Shown: positions 1-10,913 of the stretch, in pieces | Numbering within the stretch: the first letter of the stretch is position 1 | How the letters are laid out: the number at the start of each line of letters is the position of its first letter | Notes under the pieces: model-generated | Seen by the model: only the letters and a program-made list of their open reading frames with translations | Told to the model about the DNA's origin: nothing | The model's database searches: none | Program-made: the position numbers and the translations under genes | Assembly: GCA_965249575.1 (NCBI GenBank) | Contig: OZ252244.1 | Location: 32,001 to 96,000 of the forward strand | Length of the DNA stretch: 64,000 nucleotides | Direction: 5' to 3' | Source: Gemmatimonadales bacterium | Lineage (GTDB): Bacteria > Gemmatimonadota > Gemmatimonadetes > Gemmatimonadales > GWC2-71-9

Positions 1-88
1 CCTCAATCAGGCCTTCCCATGTGACCGACGCTGACAGGCCGAGGGGCGAGACGATCCCGATGCCCGTAACAACGACCCTACGACGCAA

Positions 89-328
89 CTACGTGCCGAT
101 CTTTTCGTGCATGTACTTCATCGCGTCGCCCACCGTCCGGAGCTTCTCCGCTTCTTCGTCGGGGATGTCGATGTCGAACTCCTTCTCGAACGCCATCACG
201 AGCTCGACGGTGTCGAGGCTATCGGCTCCGAGATCTTCCATGAAGCTGGCATCGTCGGTCAGTTTCTCGCGCTCGACGCCCAGCTCCTCAACGATGATGT
301 CTCTAACCTTGTCCTCGATGTCGCTCAT
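89..328 (-). CDS. acpP: Acyl carrier protein
   Basis: 79 aa acidic protein with [14 protein letters not shown] phosphopantetheine motif; follows fabG. Confidence 0.97.
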   Translation of the reverse strand: MSDIEDKVRDIIVEELGVEREKLTDDASFMEDLGADSLDTVELVMAFEKEFDIDIPDEEAEKLRTVGDAMKYMHEKIGT

Positions 329-355
329 GACCGTCCTCTGGATTGGTGGGGATCG

Positions 356-1093
356 TCAAGTAACCATGCCGCCGTCGACCACTAGGATCTGGCCTGTAAT
401 GTAGCTCGCGAGGTCGGAGGCCAGAAAGAGCACCGCGGACGCCACATCGTCCCGCGTTCCCAGCCGACCCAGTGGGATTTGCTCCAAGAGCGCCGTGCGG
501 GCCGCATCGGGCGTGGACTGAGTCATATCGGTGTCGATGAATCCCGGCGCGACCGCGTTGACCAGCACGTTGCGGGACGCAAGTTCCTTCGCCACGGCCT
601 TCGTGAGCCCTATGAGACCAGCCTTTGAGGCGGAGTAGTTCGCCTGCCCGCGGTTGCCCGTGAGACCTACGACACTCGTCACGTTGATGATACGTCCCCA
701 ACGCCGCTTCATCATCCCCCTTCCCACCACTTTGATGGCGTTGAACGCCCCCTTGAGGTTGACCGCGAGCACCGCGTCCCAGTCCTCTTCGCTCATCCGT
801 ACCACGACGCCGTCGCGCGTCATCCCCGCATTGTTCACGAGGATGTCGACCGGCCCGAGGGCGCTCTCGACCTTGGCCACCGCGGCGGTGACCTGCTCGG
901 GATTGGCGACGTCAGCCGAGACGCCAAGCGCCCTGTCACCGAGTCTTCCGGCCACCTCCGCGACACGCGGTTCGGTACGGGCGACGATCCCGACCTTGGC
1001 CCCGGCAGCATGGAGCCGCTCGGCGGTCGCCTGCCCGATGCCGCGCGAGGCGCCGGTGATCATCGCCACCCGACCGCTCAGATCCAGGGTCAC
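356..1093 (-). CDS. fabG: 3-oxoacyl-ACP reductase
   Basis: SDR motifs TGASRGIG, NNAG, YSASK; fab cluster context. Confidence 0.96.
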   Translation of the reverse strand: MTLDLSGRVAMITGASRGIGQATAERLHAAGAKVGIVARTEPRVAEVAGRLGDRALGVSADVANPEQVTAAVAKVESALGPVDILVNNAGMTRDGVVVRMSEEDWDAVLAVNLKGAFNAIKVVGRGMMKRRWGRIINVTSVVGLTGNRGQANYSASKAGLIGLTKAVAKELASRNVLVNAVAPGFIDTDMTQSTPDAARTALLEQIPLGRLGTRDDVASAVLFLASDLASYITGQILVVDGGMVT

Positions 1094-2025
1094 TCTACAC
1101 CGTCCACGAATCGCGCGACCTCATCCGCCGTCCCGAGACAGACCACGTTTGGGCGGTCGAGAATGCGCCGCACGAGCCCGGAGAGCACAGTGCCAGGACC
1201 GATTTCCACGAACTGCACGTCGCGGCCGCCTACGTCCGCGGCGGCCCGCATGCATTCGACCCACCTCACCGGAGACGTCAGCTGCGCGCCCAGGAGCCGG
1301 CGCGCGGTTGCGGAGTCCCTCACTGGTTTGCCGCTCGCATTTGCGACAACGGGGAAATTCGGCTCGCCGAATCCCACGCACTCCAATGCGGTCCTGAAAC
1401 CCGCCTCCGCGGGCGCCATGAGCGGTGAGTGAAACGCTCCGCTGACCTTGAGGGGGAGGACGCGCTTGGCTCCCTCCAGACGGCATGTCTCGCCTGCTCG
1501 CGCGACCGCGCCGGGATCGCCCGAAATGACCGTTTGGTCTGGTGCGTTGACGTTGGCAGCCACCACCACTTCACCTTCTGCGCTCGCCCGCTCGCAGGCG
1601 GCCACGACCGACTCGCTCGCCAGCCCTAGCACCGCTGACATGGTCCCGGCTCGTGCTGCACCCGCTTCGAGCATCAACTCGCCCCGCCGCCGGACCAGAC
1701 GGGCGGCATCCGCCACCCCGAGCGCTCCGGCGGCGGCGTACGCGCTGTACTCCCCAAGTGAATGGCCGGCCGCGGCCACCGGATCCACCGCGTCCCGGAT
1801 CACCGCCCACACGGCAAGCGAGTGAGCCAGGATCGCTGGCTGTGCGTTGTGCGTGAGCGTCAGGTCGCTCTCGGGCCCCTCCCACATGAGTGACGACACT
1901 CCCGCACCAGTCGCATCGTCTACAGCGTCGAAGGTCTCCTTCGCAATGGAAAAGCGCTCAGCGAGGTCCCGACCCATCCCGACCCGCTGTGCCCCTTGTC
2001 CGGGACACAGCAATACTGCTCTCAC
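1090..2025 (-). CDS. fabD: Malonyl-CoA:ACP transacylase
   Basis: PGQGAQ, GHSLGE, SGAFHS motifs; start placed at the GTG overlapping the fabH stop. Confidence 0.95.
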   Translation of the reverse strand: MRAVLLCPGQGAQRVGMGRDLAERFSIAKETFDAVDDATGAGVSSLMWEGPESDLTLTHNAQPAILAHSLAVWAVIRDAVDPVAAAGHSLGEYSAYAAAGALGVADAARLVRRRGELMLEAGAARAGTMSAVLGLASESVVAACERASAEGEVVVAANVNAPDQTVISGDPGAVARAGETCRLEGAKRVLPLKVSGAFHSPLMAPAEAGFRTALECVGFGEPNFPVVANASGKPVRDSATARRLLGAQLTSPVRWVECMRAAADVGGRDVQFVEIGPGTVLSGLVRRILDRPNVVCLGTADEVARFVDGVE

Positions 2026-3011
2026 CACCGAACGACCATACTCGCCCATGTAAAGCCGCCACCGAAGGCGACGAGAAGAACCACCGAGCCCTCACCGATC
2101 CGGCCCGATCGCACGCATTCATCCAGCGCGATGGGAATCGATGCGGCCGACGTGTTTCCATAGCGGTCGATGTTCACGTAGACCTTGTCCATGGACACAC
2201 CCGCGTGCTTGGCTGTCGATTCGATTATCCGAATGTTCGCTTGGTGCGGGATCATGAGATCGACATCGTCGCTGGTCAGGCCCGCGCGGGTCAACGCCTG
2301 GTCTGAGGCATCAGCCATGGAGCGGACTGCAGACTTGAAGACTTCCTTCCCGGCCATACGGACGAAGAACGTGCGTTCCTGCAACATCGCCTCGCTGGGT
2401 GGCTGGTTACCCCCTCCCCCCGGGCGGATTAGGAGGTTCGCGAGCCTCCCATCCGACTTTAGGTAGCTCGAAAGAATCCCGCGAGCGCCGTTCGTCGTCG
2501 CGCGCACGAGCGTCGCTCCAGCCCCGTCCCCAAACAGGATACACGTCGCCCGATCCTGGTAGTCGACGATCGTCGACAGCCGCTCCGCGCCGAGCACCAG
2601 CACGTTCTGGGCGCTTCCGGCGAACACCATCCCCTCAGCCAGGGTGAGTCCGTAGAGAAACCCACTGCACGCCGCCCCGACGTCGAAGGCTGCGGCATTC
2701 GTAGCACCCAGAGCCGCCTGCAAGTCACATGCACTCGATGGCAAGTAGCGATCGGGTGATACCGTCGCGAGGATGATGGTATCCAGCTCGTCGGGGCGCA
2801 CCCCCGCGTCGTCCAACACCTGCAACCCGGCGGCCTTCCCCATGCACGCGAGCGTGTCATCCGGACCGGCGATCCGGCGCTCCCGAATGCCCGTGCGTTC
2901 GAGGATCCACTCGTTGGTCGTATCGACCATGGCCTCGAGATCCGCGTTGGACAAAACCCGCTCGGGCGTGTACCGACCGGTCCCTACGAGCTGGACGATC
3001 GGGCGCTTCAC
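2022..3011 (-). CDS. fabH: Beta-ketoacyl-ACP synthase III
   Basis: AACSGF, PHQAN, YGNTSAAS catalytic Cys-His-Asn motifs. Confidence 0.96.
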   Translation of the reverse strand: MKRPIVQLVGTGRYTPERVLSNADLEAMVDTTNEWILERTGIRERRIAGPDDTLACMGKAAGLQVLDDAGVRPDELDTIILATVSPDRYLPSSACDLQAALGATNAAAFDVGAACSGFLYGLTLAEGMVFAGSAQNVLVLGAERLSTIVDYQDRATCILFGDGAGATLVRATTNGARGILSSYLKSDGRLANLLIRPGGGGNQPPSEAMLQERTFFVRMAGKEVFKSAVRSMADASDQALTRAGLTSDDVDLMIPHQANIRIIESTAKHAGVSMDKVYVNIDRYGNTSAASIPIALDECVRSGRIGEGSVVLLVAFGGGFTWASMVVRW

Positions 3012-3997
3012 GCCACCGCCTCGCCCTCGGCAAACTGAGCGCCGATGTGCTGACTCAAACGACTCTCCGTCGCGCGAGCCGCTACGCCAATCGCGTTCCG
3101 AATCGCCCGTGGCGATGACCGCCCATGGCAGATGATGGAGATGCCCCTCACGCCCAGTAGTGGCGCGCCACCGTATTCCGAGTAATCCAGTACTCGAAAC
3201 GCGCGACTCACGCCGGGGCTTTGAACCACCGACGGCTCCATTCCCTTCCCGACGAGCTCCTTGAACAAGTTGGCCACCGACTCGTAAAACTTGAGCAAGA
3301 CGTTGCCCACGAACCCATCACATACCACGACGTCCCAATTCCCGCTCAGGACGTCGCTCCCCTCGACGTTGCCCGCAAACGAGAAATCAGAAGAGCGGGC
3401 CATGAGGGCATAGGCCTCCTTTACGGCGGGGCTGCCTTTCTCCTCCTCCGTCCCCACGTTCAGCAACCCCACCACGGGATCGCGACGTCCTAGAACGGCG
3501 CGCGCGTATACCGCTCCGATCTGGGCGAAACCGTAGAGCTCTCGCGCTCCACAGTTCACGTTCGCACCATTGTCCAGCACCAGCACGGGTTTGGAGACGG
3601 TGGGAAATGCCGTTGCGATGGCCGGCCGGTCGATTCCCGGATGGAGCCCCAACAACAACGTGCTCGCCGCCATCACCGCGCCCGTGTTCCCAGCAGAGAT
3701 GAAGGCGTCCGCCTCGCCTGCCTTCTGCAGCGCGAGGCCCACCACGATGGACGACCGCGGCTTGCCGCGGACCGCACCGAGGGGCTTGTCGTTCATCTCG
3801 ATGACGTCGGGGGCGTCGATCAGGCGCACCTGCGCCGGTACGCCGCCGTGCGAGGCCAGCGCCGATGCGAGAACCTGTTTGCGGCCTACTAAGAGGATTT
3901 CGCTAGCAGAGGGAAGGTCTCGGAGCGCTTCGATAACTCCTTCGACCCGGACTTCCGGGGCGCAATCGCCCCCCATCGCGTCCACCGCGATGCGCAT
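3008..3997 (-). CDS. plsX: Phosphate acyltransferase
   Basis: [11 protein letters not shown] start, SAGNTGA, CDGFVGN; ATG overlaps the rpmF stop. Confidence 0.96.
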   Translation of the reverse strand: MRIAVDAMGGDCAPEVRVEGVIEALRDLPSASEILLVGRKQVLASALASHGGVPAQVRLIDAPDVIEMNDKPLGAVRGKPRSSIVVGLALQKAGEADAFISAGNTGAVMAASTLLLGLHPGIDRPAIATAFPTVSKPVLVLDNGANVNCGARELYGFAQIGAVYARAVLGRRDPVVGLLNVGTEEEKGSPAVKEAYALMARSSDFSFAGNVEGSDVLSGNWDVVVCDGFVGNVLLKFYESVANLFKELVGKGMEPSVVQSPGVSRAFRVLDYSEYGGAPLLGVRGISIICHGRSSPRAIRNAIGVAARATESRLSQHIGAQFAEGEAVA

Positions 3998-4182
3998 CAG
4001 GTGGCGTCCTTTACCTCGACCTGACGCTTCCCAGCGTAATACCCGCAACTGGGACACACCCGATGCGGCCGGCGGGGATCGCCGCAGCGGGGGCATGGTT
4101 GAAGCGCAACGACCGGCGCCTTGTGGTGCGTCCTGCGCTTGCGCTTGCGACTCTTAGAGGTCCTTCGCTTTGGTACCGCCAT
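3997..4182 (-). CDS. rpmF: 50S ribosomal protein L32 (Zn-binding, 2x CxxC)
   Basis: [19 protein letters not shown]...CPRC...CPSCGYY. Confidence 0.97.
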   Translation of the reverse strand: MAVPKRRTSKSRKRKRRTHHKAPVVALQPCPRCGDPRRPHRVCPSCGYYAGKRQVEVKDAT

Positions 4183-4185
4183 CGA

Positions 4186-4701
4186 CTACCTCGTCTTTTC
4201 AGGCCCCGGATGCCCGAGCTCCTGCAGGGCCGCCCACCGGGCATCCACAGCCGGTTTGCATGCACATCGTCCATGGTTGAGATCTGCTCCGCACCGCGCG
4301 CACATGCCGTGACACCCCTCGTCGCACAGAACAAACCTGGGAACCGCCAGAATCAGCTCTTCGCTAACCGCCTCGGACATGTCCAGCTCCGATGCTCGGG
4401 CGGGAATGGAATAGGCTGCGGGGTCATCCGCGAATTCGTCCTCCGTGAACAGGACGTTCACATCGACGTTCAGCGGCACCGATACGGGAGCAAGACAGCG
4501 CCGGCACGCGGCCTGGATGATCGTCTCAAGCTGACCCCGCCAATAGTACTGCCCAGGTCCCGCCCCCGTCAGACAGCCAGAGACCGCGACATCACGCCCC
4601 AGTTCGAACCCGACTCCTGCGAACAGGGCATCGTCGACCGGGACCGTACCGACAGTCTCGAGGGGACCTTGCTCGAGTGCGTGGAACCCTACTCGCAACA
4701 T
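4186..4701 (-). CDS. yceD: DUF177/YceD family protein
   Basis: CRRCL and LCDEGCHGMCARCGADLN...DARWAAL; conserved position upstream of rpmF. Confidence 0.92.
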   Translation of the reverse strand: MLRVGFHALEQGPLETVGTVPVDDALFAGVGFELGRDVAVSGCLTGAGPGQYYWRGQLETIIQAACRRCLAPVSVPLNVDVNVLFTEDEFADDPAAYSIPARASELDMSEAVSEELILAVPRFVLCDEGCHGMCARCGADLNHGRCACKPAVDARWAALQELGHPGPEKTR

Positions 4702-4709
4702 AGCCTCTA

Positions 4710-4738
4710 AATATATACCTGACGGTCACTTGGGTCAA
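4710..4738 (-). promoter_or_regulatory. Sigma70-type promoter for yceD-rpmF-plsX-fab
   Basis: Minus strand TTGACC (4738-4733), 17 nt spacer, TATATT (4715-4710). Confidence 0.7.
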
Positions 4739-4748
4739 TCTGCTCCAG

Positions 4749-5171
4749 CTACTCCCACAGGCCGTATCGGTCGCCTTTGGCGAAGAAGAACGCAGTCTCG
4801 TGGGCGGCGTTGTCCTCCGAGTCCGACGCGTGGATCGCGTTGCGTTCCTTGGATTCCGCATACAGCCGACGCACCGTGCCTTCGGCTGCCTCGGCGGGAT
4901 CCGTGGCGCCGATGACCGTTCGGAGATGCGACACGGCAGCCTCACGCTCGAGAATCATGGGTAGGCAGGGCCCGGATGTCATGAAGTCCACCAGCGACCG
5001 GAAGAACGGGCGCTCGCGGTGGACCGCATAGAACGCCTCCGCCTCACCGCGGCTCAGCCGGGTGAGCCGCGCTGCACGAACGACAAACCCCTCGGCTTCC
5101 AGATGGGCAATGATCTTGCCGATCTTCCCGCTCTGCACGGCATCGGGCTTGAGAATGGCGAGCGTATTCAC
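4749..5171 (-). CDS. ndk: Nucleoside diphosphate kinase
   Basis: [23 protein letters not shown] phospho-His motif. Confidence 0.97.
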   Translation of the reverse strand: MNTLAILKPDAVQSGKIGKIIAHLEAEGFVVRAARLTRLSRGEAEAFYAVHRERPFFRSLVDFMTSGPCLPMILEREAAVSHLRTVIGATDPAEAAEGTVRRLYAESKERNAIHASDSEDNAAHETAFFFAKGDRYGLWE

Positions 5172-5189
5172 GTTTCCGTCTGGTTTGAG

Positions 5190-6098
5190 CTAGGGACCAA
5201 ACAGGCGGCGCACGAGGTCGCCGCGTGTGAGCGAGCCTACGAGCACTCCCTCGCGAACTACGGGAAGATAATCGACGTCTTTCTTCACCATCACCGTCGC
5301 GATGTCGGCGAGCGTTTGATCCTCCGAGACGCACAGCACGCTGCGGCTCATGGCCTCGCGCACCACTGCGTCTTCCGGGTGTTGACTGCTCGCCCGGTCG
5401 GCCACCGTTCGTGGCCGAACCCGCACTTCTCCACTGACACGCCGGACGTAACTGGGCAGCACGTGCCGCAACAGCTCGCGATAACTCAGCATGCCGGTCA
5501 CCTCGCCGGTTTCGGAGACGACTGGCAGCGCCGAGATATCATGGGCAATCATAACCCTCGCCGCCTCCGCCAGCGTTGCGTCACCGCGGATGGACCTCAC
5601 AGGCTGCCCCATCAGATCGTGTACGGTGAGCGTCTCGGGCAGCTCGATCTCGGTGAGGGACTTGAGATTCAGTACGTCTTCAGGCGTTTTCGCCGCAATG
5701 AGTCCCTCGGCGATTTCCGATCGGGACATCACACGGCCGAACGCGCCTGCTACCTGCAGGAACGTCCCGACCTCCGGTCGCGGGGCCACGATCATCACAA
5801 CGACCTTCGCCAGGCGGGTGGAGTCGTGCTCTCGTCGCACGGACTCCCGCGACACGCCCAAAGCCACGCCGAGGCGCGACACGGCATCGGTGCGAAAATG
5901 CAAGAGAAACGCCTGCCCGCCAACGCTGACGATTTCCTTGGGAAATGGATCGGCAACGAGGGCTTCGAGCCTGGTAGAATCACGCGCCATGCCAGACCGT
6001 ACCACCGCATCGATGAGCTCGCGGGCAGCCTCCCGCAGCGTGTCCCCACCCAGGGGGACGACAACCCGCTCTCGGTCCAGCAGAGCTCCGAGCTTCAT
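5190..6098 (-). CDS. PTS EIIA-like domain + CBS-pair protein
   Basis: N-half resembles the EIIA(Ntr/Fru) fold (LLHFRTDAV, VVMIVAP); C-half has two CBS repeats (ISALPVV, VDYLPVV...VGSLTRGDL). Confidence 0.75.
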   Translation of the reverse strand: MKLGALLDRERVVVPLGGDTLREAARELIDAVVRSGMARDSTRLEALVADPFPKEIVSVGGQAFLLHFRTDAVSRLGVALGVSRESVRREHDSTRLAKVVVMIVAPRPEVGTFLQVAGAFGRVMSRSEIAEGLIAAKTPEDVLNLKSLTEIELPETLTVHDLMGQPVRSIRGDATLAEAARVMIAHDISALPVVSETGEVTGMLSYRELLRHVLPSYVRRVSGEVRVRPRTVADRASSQHPEDAVVREAMSRSVLCVSEDQTLADIATVMVKKDVDYLPVVREGVLVGSLTRGDLVRRLFGP

Positions 6099-6102
6099 CG
6101 CC

Positions 6103-6975
6103 TCAAAGCCGCTCTCGGAGCTGTGAGACAACGTCCGCCGGGCGTTTCAACACGCCGATACCCGCTCGTTGAAATGCCTCCATCTTCTCGGCGGCCGTTC
6201 CGCTCGAGCCGGAGATGATCGCCCCCGCATGGCCCATGCGCCGCCCGGGCGGGGCCGTTTGGCCGGCAATGAACCCCACGACCGGCTTGGACATCTTGCT
6301 GGCCACATACTCCGCCGCTTGTTGTTCGTCCGTGCCACCGATCTCCCCGATCATGACGACACCTGACGTGTCCGGATCGGATTCGAACGCCGCGAGGCAA
6401 TCGATGAAGTTCGTCCCGATAATCGGATCACCCCCGATGCCGATGCAACTCGATTGACCCAACCCAGCCACAGAGAGCTGATGGACAATCTCGTATGTCA
6501 GCGTGCCGCTCCGGGAAACGACGCCGATCGGTCCCTCCAGGCATATCCGCCCCGGGATGATGCCCACCTTCGAACGACCGGGCGAAATGGCCCCTGGGCA
6601 GTTCGGCCCGATGAGCCGGGCACCCCGTTCTCTGACATACGGCATGACCTGGGTCATATCGAGCACCGGCAAGCCCTCCGTGATACACACGATCAGCGCC
6701 ACCCCCCCCCCGTCCGCCGCCTCGTAGATGGCGTCCACCGCGAAGCGAGCCGGTACATAAATGACCGAGGTGTTGGCGCCAGTCTCTCCTACCGCCTCAG
6801 CGACCGTGTTGAATATGGGAACCTTGTGTTCGAATACCTGTCCGCCCTTGCCCGGCGTGACGCCCGCCACAACAGCGGTTCCGTATTCCAGCATTTGCTT
6901 GGTGTGGAAAGAGCCGTCGCGCCCGGTAATGCCCTGTACGACAAGCTTCGTCTCACGACCGACGAAGATGCTCAC
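6103..6975 (-). CDS. sucD: Succinyl-CoA synthetase alpha subunit
   Basis: [27 protein letters not shown]. Confidence 0.97.
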   Translation of the reverse strand: MSIFVGRETKLVVQGITGRDGSFHTKQMLEYGTAVVAGVTPGKGGQVFEHKVPIFNTVAEAVGETGANTSVIYVPARFAVDAIYEAADGGGVALIVCITEGLPVLDMTQVMPYVRERGARLIGPNCPGAISPGRSKVGIIPGRICLEGPIGVVSRSGTLTYEIVHQLSVAGLGQSSCIGIGGDPIIGTNFIDCLAAFESDPDTSGVVMIGEIGGTDEQQAAEYVASKMSKPVVGFIAGQTAPPGRRMGHAGAIISGSSGTAAEKMEAFQRAGIGVLKRPADVVSQLRERL

Positions 6976-8111
6976 GCCGCCTCCCGCGCGCGATCGACAG
7001 CCTGCTGAACAGCAGCGTCCATGTCCGTGAGAGCGCTGAATCCCGCCTGTTCCAGGATCGAAACTCCCAGCTCTTCATTGGTGCCCGTCAGCCGAATGAC
7101 GATCGGTAAATCGATCGTCATCTGCTTCGTTGCAGTCACGATGCCGTTGGCGACGTCGTCACACCGCGTGATACCGCCGAAGATGTTAAACAAGATGCTC
7201 TTCACCGCGTGATCGCCGGTGATAATAGTTAGCGCTTCCACTACCTTCTGCGGGTTGCTGCTGCCACCGATGTCCAGGAAGTTCGCTGGCTCACCGCCAT
7301 AGAATTTGACGAGATCCATGGTAGCCATCGCGAGTCCCGCACCGTTGACACAGCACCCGACGTTGCCGTCGAGCTTGATGAAGGTGAGTCCCGCCTCGCG
7401 TGCCCGGACTTCCGATGGAGCTTCCGCGGACTGATCTCGAAGCGACGCGATGGCCGGCCGGCGATCGAGCTCGTTGTCATCGACCACGATTTTCGCATCG
7501 AGGGCAACGACTTTTCCATCGGGCGTCACGATGAGCGGGTTGATCTCCGCGAGCGAGCCTCCTGCGCCGACAAAGGCCGAGTAGAGCTGCTGCATGATCG
7601 AGCTGGCTTGGCGAACCTGCGCGAGATCATCGAATAGCTTGAACGCCAATGCTGCGGCCTGATGTTGGAGCAGCCCGTACCGCGGATCGACGGGGAGTCG
7701 AAAGATCTGCTCCGGCGTCTTGGCCGCGACCTCCTCGATGTCAACTCCTCCCGCCGGGCTCACCATCACCACGGGACATTGGGTCGCCCTGTCCACGATG
7801 ACCCCCACGTAACTCTCGGACGCGATCTCCGCCGTGGGAACGACGAGCACGTGCTCGACCACGAGCCCCTTGATCGTCATACCGAGAATCTTCTCGGCAT
7901 GTCGTTTGGCTTCTCCCGCATTGGCCGCGAGCTTCACACCGCCAGCTTTCCCCCGCCCTCCGGCGTGAACCTGTGCCTTGACCACGACACCCCCACCAAG
8001 CCGTGTCGCAATGCGCTCGACCTCTTCGGGCGTTCGGGCAATCCGACCCTCCGGCACCGGTATCCCCGCCGCCTTCAGGAGCTCCCTCGCCTGGTGTTCA
8101 TGCAGGTTCAC
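6972..8111 (-). CDS. sucC: Succinyl-CoA synthetase beta subunit
   Basis: [34 protein letters not shown]. Confidence 0.97.
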   Translation of the reverse strand: MNLHEHQARELLKAAGIPVPEGRIARTPEEVERIATRLGGGVVVKAQVHAGGRGKAGGVKLAANAGEAKRHAEKILGMTIKGLVVEHVLVVPTAEIASESYVGVIVDRATQCPVVMVSPAGGVDIEEVAAKTPEQIFRLPVDPRYGLLQHQAAALAFKLFDDLAQVRQASSIMQQLYSAFVGAGGSLAEINPLIVTPDGKVVALDAKIVVDDNELDRRPAIASLRDQSAEAPSEVRAREAGLTFIKLDGNVGCCVNGAGLAMATMDLVKFYGGEPANFLDIGGSSNPQKVVEALTIITGDHAVKSILFNIFGGITRCDDVANGIVTATKQMTIDLPIVIRLTGTNEELGVSILEQAGFSALTDMDAAVQQAVDRAREAA

Positions 8112-8332
8112 GCTGTTCTACTCCTTGCCGGTTGTCCGGACTCGCCCCTTACCCATCCCGGGTCGAATGGCGTCGAGACAACAGGATTCTCCCGATGCCG
8201 CTGTATGGGAAACGAACTGGACGACAGGATAGATGGGTGCCTCCGGTCAGCGACCGCGCCCGGCGATCTGCCGAGCCCGCCCGCGGGCAGGCGTTGCCAA
8301 GCTACCCGCTACTTCGGGAGGGAGCAAGGCAG

Positions 8333-10909
8333 TCACTGAGCGACCGCCGGTGTGAGTCCCAGGAGTCGGCGGATCCGATCGTACGCCCGTCCAAAGGCCG
8401 ACCAATCCCCCACCCGCCGCGCCTCATCCAGGCGCTCGAACCAGCGCCGGAGCGCCGTCAGCGTCGTCGGTCCCAGGTCAACAGCTGGCGGCGACGCCAC
8501 CCGAGCGCCGCGGATCGCGTCGGCAAGGGTGCCGCCACGACTGACGGTCCCGCCCCACCGTACGACGACGTCGCGCAGTCGGGGGACCCCGTCGTCGGTC
8601 GCGTACGCGGCCTGCATCGCAAACACCCCGGTCTCGAACACCACCGTCCGCAACGCGCCAATCACTCCCACGGAGGGTGAGTGGACGTCCGCGAGACGAG
8701 TGACGACCTCTCCCGTGCTCGCGACTTCCAGGGGTGGCGTCAGCCGCTCGATCTGCAGCCGTGGTGCTCCCTCACGCACACTCCCGTGTACCATTGCCGT
8801 GAGGCGTGACCCCTGATCGACCAGAGGAGCCATGAGGCGCAGCCGCGAGACGGGGTCGCCCCCCGACGGACCGAGCCACGACACCGGTTGCGGCTGCTCG
8901 ATCGAGCTGCGGCGCCGGACGGCGGAGAGAAAACGAGTGCTGCGGGCCAGCGGCTCGGCCGTGAGCGTGTCCGCAAGCAACGCGACTTGCCGGCGGAACC
9001 ACGGCTCGGGATAGCCGAGCCGTGTGACGATCTCGGGGGGCAGCTCGTCCGCTGGCCGGACGAGGTCTGGAGCCAGTCGCGCCCAGGCGGCCGCCAGCGG
9101 ACCCGGATTGGATGTCAGATACACAGCCGTCGTTCCGGAGTGGGCATCAACGACCCCAACGAGGCTCGCGTGGAGGTACCGCACCGTCCGGCCACGCCAC
9201 ACCACACCTCGTGCGAGCGGAAAGGCCTCCCCAGACAGGTAGCCACTCGCCACCCATTGCAGCCGCCCGCCGACAAGAATCGCCTGCGGCTGGTCGAAGG
9301 AGGCAAATGGGGCGAATCGCTCGAGCCGTTGCGTGATGGCACGGTGCCACAACACGACGGACGCATCGTCCACCGCCGGCGACGTGAGCAGCCTCGGACT
9401 CTGGAGCACCCAAGCCAGGGCCAGTCGCCGGGGAGTGCCGCCCGCGACTACACCTGCGTACGCCCTCCTTCCGGGCGATACGATTGCGAAATCCCTCGTC
9501 TCCGGTCCAAAGACGATGCGCGGATCGTCGAGGGCGACGTCGGCGAGCCCCAGCGTCGCCGAGTCCGGGGCCGCGAGGTCAGGCACGAAGAGCGGGAGCC
9601 CATCGTCCCCCGCGCGATGGGCCGTGACCGCAACGACCCCCATGGCGAAGCTGTACGGCGCAACGTGGACGCGATCCCACGACATGTCGCGCTCCGACCG
9701 GCGCGCCCCCTCGAGGTCCAATCGGCGCGCGGCGACGTACAACGGCACCTGTCGTCCTTCACGGGTCGGATACACGGACATGCGTACGTCATCGAACCGA
9801 TAGTGAGGTTGAATGCGAGCAACAGAATTGAGGACGGCGGTAACGGCCGATTCGTCCCAGATGGGAACCGTCTCCAGGCTCGGTGCCAGGTCGGACAGAT
9901 CGGACACGTCCGGCTGAGCGGGGGGGCTCAGGACCGTATCGAGCGTGGCGAGCCCGAACGCCATCCGTGTGAAGTCGCGGCGATCACGCACCAGCACATC
10001 GACCTCCCGCCCCTCGGGCGTCCGGAGCGCGGCCATGAACGGCGGCGCGAGGAAATGTCCGACCACGGAGGCCGCCATCAGCGCCGACCAGGCCGTGATC
10101 ACCGGCACCGCCCGACTCATCCAGAGCCAAAGGACCCCGGCGGCCGATGCAAGAAGGGCGAGCACCATCGAGAATCTCGCAACTGGAATCCGCACATCCA
10201 CCATGATCGAATCGTACGGCACTTCGTGAATTCCGCCGACGTACTCGGCTGGCTCCAGGCGGTATCCCCAAAACAGCACCAAGCCCAGCACGACCAGCAG
10301 CCCGGCGATATGCATCCGGGCGAGATCGGCGACGCGGAGTTGCCGGTCTGTCCACTGGACCGCCCCAACCGCCATATAGAGAAGGGTGCACACGATCGTC
10401 ATCGTGCCTGCGAGTCGCAGCGCAAACCCGTGCAGGGTTCGCTGCCAGGGGAGCTCGACGAGGTAGTACGACGCGTCACGGCCCAAGATAGGATCGGCTA
10501 GGCCCGTGGCTGCCACCCCTTCCAACAGCGCCCTCGCCTGCCACCACTCGCCGCTGTTGTAACTCGTGAGACCCGCGATGATCAGGCCGAGAGCAGCCGC
10601 ACCCAGAAGGAGGTAGCGCCGCGGCACCGCCTCGACGATTTCGATGTTGCCAACCCGGCGGGGGACGCGCACGGAGCCTATCGATCGATAGAACAGATAC
10701 AAGTTCCCTACGCACCAGATCGCGGCTGTCGACAACGCGACGCCGAGCAGCGTGCTGCGCAAGTCACGAATCGCGTCGTGACCGGCGCCCACGCCCAGCG
10801 CCTCCGCCCACAGACGGTCAGCGGTGGCCGTTGCCAGCCAGCGCCCGATAAACAGAAGCGCGAGCGCTGCGCCAATCGTCGCCCGCACCCAGCTCCGACG
10901 CGACATCAT
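8333..10909 (-). CDS. UPF0182 family membrane protein
   Basis: About 860 aa, N-terminal TM cluster, DPILGRDASYY, C-terminal GDWSAFGRAYD. Confidence 0.85.
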   Translation of the reverse strand: MMSRRSWVRATIGAALALLFIGRWLATATADRLWAEALGVGAGHDAIRDLRSTLLGVALSTAAIWCVGNLYLFYRSIGSVRVPRRVGNIEIVEAVPRRYLLLGAAALGLIIAGLTSYNSGEWWQARALLEGVAATGLADPILGRDASYYLVELPWQRTLHGFALRLAGTMTIVCTLLYMAVGAVQWTDRQLRVADLARMHIAGLLVVLGLVLFWGYRLEPAEYVGGIHEVPYDSIMVDVRIPVARFSMVLALLASAAGVLWLWMSRAVPVITAWSALMAASVVGHFLAPPFMAALRTPEGREVDVLVRDRRDFTRMAFGLATLDTVLSPPAQPDVSDLSDLAPSLETVPIWDESAVTAVLNSVARIQPHYRFDDVRMSVYPTREGRQVPLYVAARRLDLEGARRSERDMSWDRVHVAPYSFAMGVVAVTAHRAGDDGLPLFVPDLAAPDSATLGLADVALDDPRIVFGPETRDFAIVSPGRRAYAGVVAGGTPRRLALAWVLQSPRLLTSPAVDDASVVLWHRAITQRLERFAPFASFDQPQAILVGGRLQWVASGYLSGEAFPLARGVVWRGRTVRYLHASLVGVVDAHSGTTAVYLTSNPGPLAAAWARLAPDLVRPADELPPEIVTRLGYPEPWFRRQVALLADTLTAEPLARSTRFLSAVRRRSSIEQPQPVSWLGPSGGDPVSRLRLMAPLVDQGSRLTAMVHGSVREGAPRLQIERLTPPLEVASTGEVVTRLADVHSPSVGVIGALRTVVFETGVFAMQAAYATDDGVPRLRDVVVRWGGTVSRGGTLADAIRGARVASPPAVDLGPTTLTALRRWFERLDEARRVGDWSAFGRAYDRIRRLLGLTPAVAQ

Positions 10910-10913
10910 GGCC

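Noticed and set aside
6702..6711. C10 run (poly-G on the coding strand) in sucD as a phase-variation tract
   Set aside because: The gene is in frame and housekeeping; chance Gly codons or a homopolymer miscall are more likely.
8112..8332. Possible structured RNA upstream of sucC
   Set aside because: GC-rich stems are present but match no riboswitch or ncRNA I recognise; an Rfam scan is needed.
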